Part shown: positions 20,315 through 30,113 of the stretch, one piece after another | How the letters are laid out: each line of letters starts with the position of its first letter | Numbering within the stretch: position 1 is the stretch's first letter | Source: a virus | Taxonomy: Duplodnaviria > Caudoviricetes | Virus record (IMG/VR): IMGVR_UViG_3300046171_000202 | Span: 1,225-65,224 of that record | Direction: 5' to 3' (one strand) | DNA length: 64,000 nucleotides | The notes under the pieces: model-generated | Told to the model about the DNA's origin: nothing | Database searches by the model: none | What the model saw: only the letters and a program-made list of their open reading frames with translations | Program-made: the position numbers and the translations under genes

Positions 20315-21523
20315 ATGGCTAAAAAAAAGAAAGTCGAAGCGGTCGAAGAGATCGTTGACGTAAAACAAGAAGAGGTTGTTGAAGAAACGCCTCAAGCAGA
20401 GGAACCTAAAGTAAAGAACGAAGTTCTTGAAGACGGTACAGTTAAAGTAGACTTAAGACAAAGCAACGAAGTTGAATCGAACGAAGATGCTGATGTTACC
20501 AAAGTTGAAATACCAGCGCCTGAAATAGAGGAACCTGTAGAAGAGATAGCAGAGCAAACTACGGAAGAACCTGTAGAAGATGCTGTTGAAGAAATTGCTT
20601 TAGAAGAAGTTACAGAGATAGCTGACAAGCTAGAAGAAAACATCGAAGAAGCTATTGAAAAAGCAGAAGAGCAAGGAACTCAACTTCCAGAAAAAATTCA
20701 AAAAGTCATTGACTTTATGGACGAGACTGGAGGAACTTTAGAAGATTATGTTGAATTAAATAAAGATTACTCAAAAATGAGTGATAATGATTTACTAAAG
20801 GAGTACTTCAAACAAACTAAACCTCATTTAACTGACGAAGAAAGATCTTTTGTAATGGAAGATTTGTATTCATACGACGAGGAACTCGACGAAGAGCGAG
20901 ATATAAAAAGAAAGAAACTAGCATTAAAAGAGCAAGTTGCAAATGCTAAAAACCACCTAGACGGGTTAAAGTCTAAATACTACGATGAAATCAAAGCAGG
21001 TTCTAGATTAAACCCTGAACAACAGAAAGCTATAGATTTCTTCAATCGATACAACAAAAATCAGACAGTAACTGAAGAGAACGCCAAGTTCTTTAAGAAA
21101 AAGACTAATGAAGTTTTTTCTAATGAATTCAAAGGTTTTGAATACAAAGTAGGAGATAAAAGATTTAGACTTAATGTTAAAGATACAGATAGCGTTAAGA
21201 GCAGCCAAATGGACATTGGAAATTTTGTAAATAAGTTTCTCAACAAAGAGACAAACAAGATGGAAGATGCTAAAGGTTATCACAAGTCTTTGTTTACTGC
21301 AATGAATCCGGATGTAGTAGCTAATCATTTCTACCAACAAGGTAAAGCTGATGCGCTAAAAGAAAGTATGTCAAAGGCAAAGAATGTCGACATGTCACCA
21401 AGAGGTACTTTATCTAGCGAAAGCTCTCCTAACAGCATGAAAGTTCGAGCTATTACTGGTGAGTCATCTTCTGATTTTAAAATTAAAATTGGTCAAAACA
21501 GACCAGCAAACAGAATTACTTAA
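20315..21523 (+). CDS. Putative capsid scaffolding protein
   Basis: Very acidic (Glu-rich) N-terminus, helical; lies between portal and major capsid. Confidence 0.65.
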   Translation: MAKKKKVEAVEEIVDVKQEEVVEETPQAEEPKVKNEVLEDGTVKVDLRQSNEVESNEDADVTKVEIPAPEIEEPVEEIAEQTTEEPVEDAVEEIALEEVTEIADKLEENIEEAIEKAEEQGTQLPEKIQKVIDFMDETGGTLEDYVELNKDYSKMSDNDLLKEYFKQTKPHLTDEERSFVMEDLYSYDEELDEERDIKRKKLALKEQVANAKNHLDGLKSKYYDEIKAGSRLNPEQQKAIDFFNRYNKNQTVTEENAKFFKKKTNEVFSNEFKGFEYKVGDKRFRLNVKDTDSVKSSQMDIGNFVNKFLNKETNKMEDAKGYHKSLFTAMNPDVVANHFYQQGKADALKESMSKAKNVDMSPRGTLSSESSPNSMKVRAITGESSSDFKIKIGQNRPANRIT

Positions 21524-21550
21524 ACTTTTAAAATTTAAAAAAACAAAATT

Positions 21551-23020
21551 ATGGCTTTAGCAGGAACTGGTGCTGAGTTAAATCACATAACTCCGCGCCC
21601 AACAAAATCCCTATGGGGAGACAATTACCTTTCTTTTGACTCAGCGTCAGGAGGAGGAACATTTGCAGCTCAATTCTTACCAGAAATCTACGAGAAAGAA
21701 GTTGAAAGATACGGAAAGCGTACAATCAACGGATTCTTGAGAATGGTTGGAGCTGAGATGCCTTTAGCTTCAGATCAAGTTATTTGGTCAGAGCAAGGAA
21801 GATTACACGTTGCATATGACGACGCTCTTTCAGGAGAAGCAGTAAACGTATTAGACGCAAGCGCTAACACTGTTACTGTTCCAAGTGGACACTTAATTAA
21901 AAACCACGACACTATTATCATTGCTCACGAAAGCAACACTGATAAAGTGTTAAAATGTATCGTTGTTGATAATGCTACAGCGGCTACAACTATCACTGTT
22001 GCACCTTATACTCAAGCTGCATTAGATACTGGTAGTGTGTTCGCTGACGGAGACAACGTTAAGTTATTCGTATACGGTACTGAGTACAAAAAAGGATCTT
22101 CTGGAATCACAGGTTCTATCGATGCTTCTTTCACTCAGTTCTCAAATCGACCAGTTATCATGCGTGACAGATACCAAGTTAATGGTTCTGATACTGCTCA
22201 AATCGGTTGGGTTGAAGTAACTACTGAGAATGGTGCTTCTGGATACTTATGGTACATGAAGTCTGAGCACGAAGCTCGTCTACGTTTTGAAGACCAAATC
22301 GAAATGATGATGGTTGAAGGTGAAAAAGCTGCTGCTACTTTCGCTGGAACTGGAAACTTCGCTATCCAAGGTACTGAAGGTTTATTTGCTGCTGTAACTT
22401 CAAGAGGTATCGTTTACAACGACACTGATTTTGATACAGTTAACACATCTGGTACAACTAACCAAGTAGCTGCAGGAGCACACACTGGTCTTGATACTTT
22501 TGATACTATATTACAAGAGCTTGACAAGCAAGGTGCTATCGAGGAAAACATGATGTTCTTAAATAGAGCTACAACTCTAGAGATCGACAAAATGTTAGCT
22601 GCTCAAAACAACTACGGTGTTGGTGGTACTTCTTACGGGGTGTTTAACAACTCTGAAGACATGGCTCTTAACTTAGGTTTCTCTGGTTTCAGACGAGGTT
22701 CTTACGACTTCTACAAGTCTGACTGGAAATACTTAAACGATGCTACTACTCGAGGATTAATCGGAGACATCGAAGGTATTATGGTACCAGCTGGTACTTC
22801 TACCGTTTACGATCAGTCTTTAGGTAAGAACATCTCTAGACCTTTCTTGCACGTTCGTTACCGAGCTTCTGAAGCTGATGACCGAAGAATGAAATCTTGG
22901 ATCACTGGATCTGTAGGTGGAAACTTCACATCTGACGCTGATGAGATGGTAGTAAACTTCTTGTCAGAAAGATGTCTATGTGTACAAGCTGCGAACAACT
23001 TCGTATTGTTCAAATCATAA
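21551..23020 (+). CDS. Major capsid protein
   Basis: 489 aa; QFLPEIYEKEVERYG and GFSGFRRGSYDFYK; visibly biased high-expression codon use (ttc, aac, atc); followed by a strong hairpin. Confidence 0.85.
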   Translation: MALAGTGAELNHITPRPTKSLWGDNYLSFDSASGGGTFAAQFLPEIYEKEVERYGKRTINGFLRMVGAEMPLASDQVIWSEQGRLHVAYDDALSGEAVNVLDASANTVTVPSGHLIKNHDTIIIAHESNTDKVLKCIVVDNATAATTITVAPYTQAALDTGSVFADGDNVKLFVYGTEYKKGSSGITGSIDASFTQFSNRPVIMRDRYQVNGSDTAQIGWVEVTTENGASGYLWYMKSEHEARLRFEDQIEMMMVEGEKAAATFAGTGNFAIQGTEGLFAAVTSRGIVYNDTDFDTVNTSGTTNQVAAGAHTGLDTFDTILQELDKQGAIEENMMFLNRATTLEIDKMLAAQNNYGVGGTSYGVFNNSEDMALNLGFSGFRRGSYDFYKSDWKYLNDATTRGLIGDIEGIMVPAGTSTVYDQSLGKNISRPFLHVRYRASEADDRRMKSWITGSVGGNFTSDADEMVVNFLSERCLCVQAANNFVLFKS

Positions 23021-23031
23021 CAACAATTAAT

Positions 23032-23073
23032 GTAAATAATTACCCTCGTTTTAATAACGGGGGTAATATTTAC
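23032..23073 (+). terminator. Stem-loop after the major capsid gene (probable intrinsic terminator)
   Basis: GTAAATAATTACCCTCGTT-ttaat-AACGGGGGTAATATTTAC followed by a T-rich run. Confidence 0.7.
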
Positions 23074-23102
23074 TCTTTAAAACTTTTAAATTATATTATA
23101 TC

Positions 23103-23858
23103 ATGGAATTTACAAAACCCAAAGATTGGGAAATCAAAGATAGAGTTTATATACTCAAAGAAGGAATGTCACCAGTAGCTGCAACTATAGCTTCTAGACA
23201 TTCAAGAAGAAAACCATTAATGTGGTTTGATGAAAAAAAAGGTTATCAAAGAGAGCTTAGGTACGCCACTAATCATCCATCTCCATTTGTAGATGAACAA
23301 AAAGGCACAGCTACATTGGGTCATATTGTTTTTAGAAATGGACAGCTGACTGTATCTAAAGAAAATCAAGCGTTGCAATTGCTACTTTCAGTTTATCACC
23401 CAAGACTAAACTCACTTTACAAAGAGTTTGCTCCTGAAAAGATAGCTGATAATCAAGTTGATTGGATAGAGCTAGAAATAGCGGCACTAAACTTAGCGCA
23501 AAGCTTAGATGTTGATGCAGCAGAAGCTATACTAAGAGTAGAGCAAGGCTCTAAAGTGTCTAAGATGAGTTCTAAGGAAATAAAAAGAGATTTACTAGTA
23601 TATGCTAGAAATAATCCTCAAGCTTTCATAGAATTAGCCGAAGACGATAATGTTCAACTAAGAAACATTGGAGTTAAAGCTGTTGAGGCAAACATTATAA
23701 AACTAGCTGACAACAACAGGGTGTTTAAGTGGGCTAGTAACGGTAGAAAATTATTCACCGTACCATTTGAAGAACAACCCTACTCTGCATTAGCCGCGTG
23801 GTTTAAAACAGACGAAGGTGTTGAAGTATTCAATGCTATTGAAAAGAAACTAAATTAA
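23103..23858 (+). CDS. Hypothetical protein of the head module
   Basis: 251-aa ORF downstream of the capsid gene. Confidence 0.7.
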   Translation: MEFTKPKDWEIKDRVYILKEGMSPVAATIASRHSRRKPLMWFDEKKGYQRELRYATNHPSPFVDEQKGTATLGHIVFRNGQLTVSKENQALQLLLSVYHPRLNSLYKEFAPEKIADNQVDWIELEIAALNLAQSLDVDAAEAILRVEQGSKVSKMSSKEIKRDLLVYARNNPQAFIELAEDDNVQLRNIGVKAVEANIIKLADNNRVFKWASNGRKLFTVPFEEQPYSALAAWFKTDEGVEVFNAIEKKLN

Positions 23859-23873
23859 TAGTCACTTATAGGA

Positions 23874-23899
23874 TGTGGTCATCTGTATAGGTGGCCACA
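23874..23899 (+). other. Intergenic RNA hairpin without a U-tract (processing/stability element or weak terminator)
   Basis: TGTGGTCATCT-gtat-AGGTGGCCACA, 11 bp with two G-U pairs on the + strand. Confidence 0.5.
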
Positions 23900-23918
23900 A
23901 ACTATATAAAAAGAAATT

Positions 23919-24617
23919 ATGGCAGTAAATATAAATACAGTTTATCTAAGAGTTTTAGCTATAGCCAATAAAGAGCAAAGAGGCTATATAACTCCGCAAG
24001 AGTTTAACACGCTCGCAAATCAAGCTCAATTAGATATATTCGAGCAGTATTTTTATGATCTTAATCAGTTTTTAAGATTACCAGGTAATGATACTATTCA
24101 TTCTGATGCTGTCGATATGCTCGAAGAAAAGATAGGCATATTCGAAGTGTACAACTCACCTATAGGCACAGGTACACTTTCAGAACTTAATGTACATAAG
24201 CTTGGCGCTGTGTATCATCAAGAAACTATAAATGGTGTTCAAACCAAAGTAGAGGCTGAAAAGCTAAATCCTAATGAATTAAGGTATTATATAAATTCAC
24301 CACTAACTGCTCCAACAGTTAAAAGACCTATATTCATAGTTCAACAAGATCAAATCACCGTTCTTCCGGCAGATGCAGATAATTTAAGCATGAATTATAT
24401 TAAAAAACCAGCAGACGTTTACTGGGGTTATACTATAATTAATGATGAAGCTTTATACAATCCATCTACATCTATTAATTTCCAACTGCACGCTTCTGAA
24501 GAAACTGAGTTGGTTTTAAAAATATTATCTTTAGCTGGAGTAGTTATAAGAGATCCACAGCTGTATCAAATAGCAGCTACAGAAGACGCTAAAAATATTC
24601 AACAAGAAAAACAATAA
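23919..24617 (+). CDS. Putative head-tail adaptor/ring protein
   Basis: ANKEQRGYITPQEFN N-terminus; position in the structural operon. Confidence 0.6.
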   Translation: MAVNINTVYLRVLAIANKEQRGYITPQEFNTLANQAQLDIFEQYFYDLNQFLRLPGNDTIHSDAVDMLEEKIGIFEVYNSPIGTGTLSELNVHKLGAVYHQETINGVQTKVEAEKLNPNELRYYINSPLTAPTVKRPIFIVQQDQITVLPADADNLSMNYIKKPADVYWGYTIINDEALYNPSTSINFQLHASEETELVLKILSLAGVVIRDPQLYQIAATEDAKNIQQEKQ

Positions 24618-24620
24618 AAA

Positions 24621-25703
24621 ATGGCATTATTTAAGGGAACACAGCAACAATACTACGATAATAGTAAGACGTTTACAGGTAATGGATCTACTACTGCTTA
24701 TGTATTAGGCTTTAGCCCTGCGCCAACTTTAGAATCAGACATCGAAGTATTTGTTGATGGTACAGAGCAAAATAGCAACACATATGTTTATTCGTCAGGA
24801 ACACTTACTTTTGACACTGCGCCAGCTAATGGTGCTTTAATACTAGTAAGACAATTAAACAACGAAAATCAGCTAGGTAATTATCAATACATAAGCATAG
24901 ATGATTTAGCAAACAACTTTAGAGTCGCTTACGTAGGCGAAGGCAAAATAATATCTAAGGTAAAAATACCAGACATAAACTTCCATATACAAAGAGCAAT
25001 ACAAGAGTTTAGCTACGATACATTAAAGTCTGAAAAGTCTCAAGAATTAGAACTACCACCATCTTTAAAAATAAAGCTACCGCATGACTATGTTAACTAC
25101 GTACAATTTTCTTGGAAAGATGCAGCTGGTATAGAAAGAATAATATATCCAGCTAGAAAAACTAGCAATCCAACTGCAATACTTCAAGACGCAGATTATA
25201 AGTACATTTTTGACAACGATAACACTTTGTTAAAGTCTTTCGAGTCTGAAACATGGAAAGATTTTAAAGCCAACTCTGATAACGATAACACAGTAGAAAA
25301 TGTTAGTGGTCCAGATGTTGATGCTACGCTTGCAGAAGGTAGAAGATATGGCTTGATGCCTGAGCATGCTCAATTTAATGGCTTATTTTTTATAGACAAT
25401 AACAGAGGTTATGTGTTCTTTAGCTCTGATTTAAGCGGCAAGATCATAACTATAAAATACATAAGTGATAACTTGGGTACAGAAGATGAGATGAAAGTGC
25501 ACAAGTTTGCAGAAGAAGCTATTTACAAATATGTTGCACATGCTATATTAGCCGCTAGAGTAAACACTCCAGAATATGTAGTAGCTAGATTTAAGAAAGA
25601 AAGAAGAGCTGCTATAAGACAGGCTAAATTAAGATTATCTAATCTGAAAATAGAAGAGATAAATCTTATAATGAAAAATAAATCTAAAATAATTAAACAT
25701 TAA
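24621..25703 (+). CDS. Putative tail ring/structural protein
   Basis: N-terminal FTGNGSTTAY…FDTAPANG beta domain; LPHDYVNYV motif. Confidence 0.6.
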   Translation: MALFKGTQQQYYDNSKTFTGNGSTTAYVLGFSPAPTLESDIEVFVDGTEQNSNTYVYSSGTLTFDTAPANGALILVRQLNNENQLGNYQYISIDDLANNFRVAYVGEGKIISKVKIPDINFHIQRAIQEFSYDTLKSEKSQELELPPSLKIKLPHDYVNYVQFSWKDAAGIERIIYPARKTSNPTAILQDADYKYIFDNDNTLLKSFESETWKDFKANSDNDNTVENVSGPDVDATLAEGRRYGLMPEHAQFNGLFFIDNNRGYVFFSSDLSGKIITIKYISDNLGTEDEMKVHKFAEEAIYKYVAHAILAARVNTPEYVVARFKKERRAAIRQAKLRLSNLKIEEINLIMKNKSKIIKH

Positions 25704-25706
25704 TAC

Positions 25707-28700
25707 ATGCCAGAGTTAAAAAGAACATTCAGTGGAGGTAAAATGAATAAAGACCTCGACGAAAGATTAGTTCCTAATGGTCAATATAGAGACGCACTAA
25801 ACGTTCAAGTTTCAACTTCAGAAGGGTCTGATGTTGGATCGTTGCAAAATATACTAGGTAATAAATTACCTTACGGCAATAGTATTGCATCTAATTTAGG
25901 TAGCAACGCTTTTTGTGTTGGCGCTATAAGAAGGGACGAAACTGAATGTATATACTGGTTCGTTGAAAGTCAAACTAAAAGTTTAATTGTAGAGTATAAT
26001 CAAGAGACTAATAGTGTAGAGCCAGTACTTGTAGATACTAATAGAATACTTAATTTTAGTAGAAATAATTTAATAACTGGAATAGAGATATTAGATGATT
26101 TTTTAATATGGACAGATAATAATACAGAGCCTAAGAGAATAAAAATTACTGATTGGAAAACATATACTAACAATACCTGGACTCACACGCAAGTAGATGG
26201 AGCTGATTTTAAAGAAGAACATTGTACTGTTATAAAAAAGGGTCCATTAAGCGCACCTAGATTAAAAATGGCTAACACAACTAGGGATGGCGCAATATCT
26301 GGTACTCTTTATAATAAATCTTTTACATATCTAGACACTGACACGGACAGCTGGGAGCCACTGCCTACAGGAGAATATACAGATCAAAATGGTGATGGAA
26401 CTGCTGACTCTGCTCTAAATCGTCCGCTACCTAATCCAGTCGATAGTGAAATAATAATATCTGGAACTACACCTGATTTTAGAGAAGGCGATAAAGTAAA
26501 GATAACACTTTTGACAGCTGATGAAAACGAAGCAGACGAAGACTCTGCGATAATAGCTTCTATAGTAGAAACTTATGAAGCTTATCCAAAAATATTCAAA
26601 ATAAATATAGACTCTATAAGTGAAAACATAGAAGAAAATGTACAAAACTGGAAAGTAGAGTTGATACAAAAACCAGCTTTGTTTGAAACTAAATTTGTTA
26701 GATTTGCTTATAGATATAAATATAAAGATGGCGAATACTCTACTATATCTCCGTTTAGTGAAGTAGCTTTCATAGGCGACGATTTTGATTACGATCCTAA
26801 AAAAGGATATAATTTAGGTATGGTTAATCAGCTTAGAAAGCTAGAAATAGTTAACTGGGCTTATGAAGTTCCTTTTGGTGTTACTGAAGTTGATATACTT
26901 TACAAAGATTCTGTCAGTAATAATATATATGTAGTAAAAAGTGTTAAAGCTACTGATCCCGAGTATTCTGAGTCATCAGCATATCCAGATTTTTACGAAG
27001 GAAGACTTGAAATAGATTCAGAGCTAATATACAAAGTAATACCTTCTAATCAAATACTTAGACCTTTCGATAATGTACCTAAAAAAGCTAAAGCTTTAGC
27101 AGTTTCAGGTAACAGATTATTATTCGGTAACTACATAGAAAACTACAATATAAAGGAGAATATCAATGATGTAAATGATATCTCTATTAAATTCGCTTTA
27201 GACGCTAGAAGCAACTCATCTACAGTTGGACAGCCTAGAAAATCTTTAAAATCTCAAAGAACATACCAAATAGGAGTTGTGTATAGAGACAAGTACGGAA
27301 GAGAAACGCCTGTATTGACAGATACTAGTGGATCAATAAAGCTAAATAAAGGTTTTGCACCTAATAGAAACTTTCTAACAGCTAGAATAAAAAGCCCTAT
27401 ACCTCACTGGGCAGAAACGTATAAGTATTATATAAAAGAAACTTCACAACCTTATTATAATCTAGCTATGGATAGGCATTATCCTGCTGAAGATGGTAAC
27501 GTGTGGTTGTCATTCCCATCGTCTGAAAGAAATAAGGTACAAGAAGATACATTTATTATCCTAAAAAAGAAACACGACAAAGATGACTTTGTTGAAGAAG
27601 AAGCTAAATATAAAATACTAGCAATAGAAAACGAAGCACCTGACTTTATAAAAGAAGAAAATGTGTCTAAAGGCAAGCTTAATAGACAAAACGCTAGCGG
27701 CAGCGGTAATGGATCTATATTTGCTAGTAGTGGCGGTTGGCCAGCTGAAGATGGTGGATACATAGATATAAAAGCTGCAGACTGGCAAACTATATATGGA
27801 GGTTCAGGAGATGAAAGAGCTACAGCTGTACCAGTGCATCAGCTAAATGATTTAACTTTAGTGCTGTCCGATGGCAGAAACGAAACTAAACATTACGAAA
27901 TAGCTAACATACAGTATAAGCCTGAGTTACAGCCTGCGGCTTACAGAGTAAATTTTGAAAAGAAACTAGAGTCGCAAGACGTTGCTTTTATAGGTTTGTT
28001 TGATGCGAATGCTACTGATCTATCTATACAGATTTTTCAAAAAACAATAAAAAGAAAACCAGAGTTTCAAGGAAGATTTTTTGTTAAAATACAAAGAGAT
28101 TCTACTCTAGAAAACGCTATACTTATAAAGCAAAACGACGAAGAATACAAAGTTGTAAATTCTCAGCCTATATATGGTATGCCTAGAAAAAACAACGATG
28201 GAAATTTTTGGGCAAAAACAGATAAAGGTAATTACCCTGGAATAAATCCTCCTGATAAAAATAAAGCAGTATTAAGCGCAGGTTGGTTTTTCTGTTACAA
28301 CTTGTACCACGACGCTCAATGGGGAGGTGGACCTATGAAAGAAAATGGAAAAATATGGAGAGGTGGTAGAGCGGACAGACCATCTGACATGTGGAAAGCG
28401 CCTGGATTTGGTGTTAATACTGGGTGGGATGTGATAGAAATAGCATTTCATTATTTTGGTGGTTTCGATAAGGGTGCAAGATGGGGAGTATGGAATCAAT
28501 TTGGAACAGAAGAAACTAGAGCTCAAGCGTCTATGAAAAACGTGCTAGAGACTATAGGCATGAAATTTAGATTTACAGATGATCCTAAAAAAGACGAAAA
28601 TATATACACTATAACTAATTGGAGTAGGACAAACATATTAGCTTATGACGACGCAAAGCTTAAAAAAAATAGAGGCAAAACCGCTACCGGCAGAATAGTT

Positions 28701-30110
28701 AAATGGACGCTGAAACTAGACAAGCCTATAGCGTGGTCACCTGCTGAAAACGGCCATACCTCTAAAGGAAGCTCTACAAACATGGAGTTTTTAAAAGATT
28801 TCTATTCAGAAGATACTTTTACGTCTAGTAATCCAGCTATATGGGAGACAGAGCCAAAGGAAGTTGCAGAACTAGACATATATTACGAAGCAGGTAGTGC
28901 TAGAGGTAAAACTGGACATGGCGTGCTAAATACGTTGTCGTATTCAAATTGTTTTACTTTTGGCAACGGTGTTGAATCAGATAGAATTAGAGATGATTTT
29001 AATGCACCTATTATAGGTAAAGGTGTTAGAGCGTCTACGGTTTTAGAAGATCAATATAAAGAAGTAAATAAAAAATCAGATATTATATATTCTGGTATTT
29101 ATAACTCAACATCTGGCGTAAATAATCTAAACCAATTCATACAAGCGGAGCAAATAACAAAAGCTATAAACCCTTCATACGGAGCAATACAGCTAATGGA
29201 GTTTAGGTTAGGTGATCTAGATGTTTACTTAGAAGACAATGTAGTCAAGGTGCTAGCAGATAGAGACGCTTTGTTTAATGCAGATGGTAGTAAAAATGTA
29301 GTATCAAGCACAAATGTTCTTGGTTCAATACAACCTTACGCGGGTGATTATGGTATAAGTAAAAATCCAGAGTCATATGCTAGATACGGAAACAGAGCTT
29401 ATTTCTCAGATAAAAATAGAGGTGTAATACTTAGGTTGTCAGGTAATGGTTTAACACCAATATCTAACTATGGTATGGATGACTACTTTAGAGATAAGCT
29501 AGCTACTGCTCAAAGAGTAATTGGTAGTTATGATGAAAACAAAGACGAGTACAACTTAACTATAACTAAACAAACAGATTCTAGTGATTACAACGAAACT
29601 ATTTCGTTTAAAGAAGATGTTAATGGTTGGAATACAAGAAAAAGCTTTATAAAAGAAAACGGCTTATCATTAAACAACATATACTACACGTTTAAAAATG
29701 GTGAAATATGGTCACATAATAATGAGACTAGAAATAACTTTTATGGCGTTCAATACAACTCATCTGTTAAATTTATATTTAACGATGCACCTGGATCTGT
29801 AAAATCTTTTAAAACTTTAAACTACGAAGGTACTCAAGCTAGAGTTTTTGTTGATAATCCAGACTCAGATAATAAGTTTTACAATAGACTAGCTAAAAAC
29901 GGTTGGTGGGTTAGCTCTATAGAGTCTGACTTACAAAGCGGTCAAGTTAAAACGTTTAAAAACAAAGAAGGCAAGTGGTTTTATAATATACTAGGAACTG
30001 AAACTACTGACTTAAATCTAGATACGAAAGAGTATTCAGTACAAGGTTTAGGGTATATAAGCGCAATAACAGGATCTGCTGGTAACCAAATAGAAATAAT
30101 AGTACAATAA
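25707..30110 (+). CDS. Tail tube/nozzle (stabilisation-type) protein
   Basis: 1467 aa; N-terminal GKMNKDLDERLVPNGQYRDALN and C-terminal FKNKEGKWF, as in P22 gp10-like/crAss-like muzzle proteins. Confidence 0.7.
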   Translation: MPELKRTFSGGKMNKDLDERLVPNGQYRDALNVQVSTSEGSDVGSLQNILGNKLPYGNSIASNLGSNAFCVGAIRRDETECIYWFVESQTKSLIVEYNQETNSVEPVLVDTNRILNFSRNNLITGIEILDDFLIWTDNNTEPKRIKITDWKTYTNNTWTHTQVDGADFKEEHCTVIKKGPLSAPRLKMANTTRDGAISGTLYNKSFTYLDTDTDSWEPLPTGEYTDQNGDGTADSALNRPLPNPVDSEIIISGTTPDFREGDKVKITLLTADENEADEDSAIIASIVETYEAYPKIFKINIDSISENIEENVQNWKVELIQKPALFETKFVRFAYRYKYKDGEYSTISPFSEVAFIGDDFDYDPKKGYNLGMVNQLRKLEIVNWAYEVPFGVTEVDILYKDSVSNNIYVVKSVKATDPEYSESSAYPDFYEGRLEIDSELIYKVIPSNQILRPFDNVPKKAKALAVSGNRLLFGNYIENYNIKENINDVNDISIKFALDARSNSSTVGQPRKSLKSQRTYQIGVVYRDKYGRETPVLTDTSGSIKLNKGFAPNRNFLTARIKSPIPHWAETYKYYIKETSQPYYNLAMDRHYPAEDGNVWLSFPSSERNKVQEDTFIILKKKHDKDDFVEEEAKYKILAIENEAPDFIKEENVSKGKLNRQNASGSGNGSIFASSGGWPAEDGGYIDIKAADWQTIYGGSGDERATAVPVHQLNDLTLVLSDGRNETKHYEIANIQYKPELQPAAYRVNFEKKLESQDVAFIGLFDANATDLSIQIFQKTIKRKPEFQGRFFVKIQRDSTLENAILIKQNDEEYKVVNSQPIYGMPRKNNDGNFWAKTDKGNYPGINPPDKNKAVLSAGWFFCYNLYHDAQWGGGPMKENGKIWRGGRADRPSDMWKAPGFGVNTGWDVIEIAFHYFGGFDKGARWGVWNQFGTEETRAQASMKNVLETIGMKFRFTDDPKKDENIYTITNWSRTNILAYDDAKLKKNRGKTATGRIVKWTLKLDKPIAWSPAENGHTSKGSSTNMEFLKDFYSEDTFTSSNPAIWETEPKEVAELDIYYEAGSARGKTGHGVLNTLSYSNCFTFGNGVESDRIRDDFNAPIIGKGVRASTVLEDQYKEVNKKSDIIYSGIYNSTSGVNNLNQFIQAEQITKAINPSYGAIQLMEFRLGDLDVYLEDNVVKVLADRDALFNADGSKNVVSSTNVLGSIQPYAGDYGISKNPESYARYGNRAYFSDKNRGVILRLSGNGLTPISNYGMDDYFRDKLATAQRVIGSYDENKDEYNLTITKQTDSSDYNETISFKEDVNGWNTRKSFIKENGLSLNNIYYTFKNGEIWSHNNETRNNFYGVQYNSSVKFIFNDAPGSVKSFKTLNYEGTQARVFVDNPDSDNKFYNRLAKNGWWVSSIESDLQSGQVKTFKNKEGKWFYNILGTETTDLNLDTKEYSVQGLGYISAITGSAGNQIEIIVQ

Positions 30111-30113
30111 AAT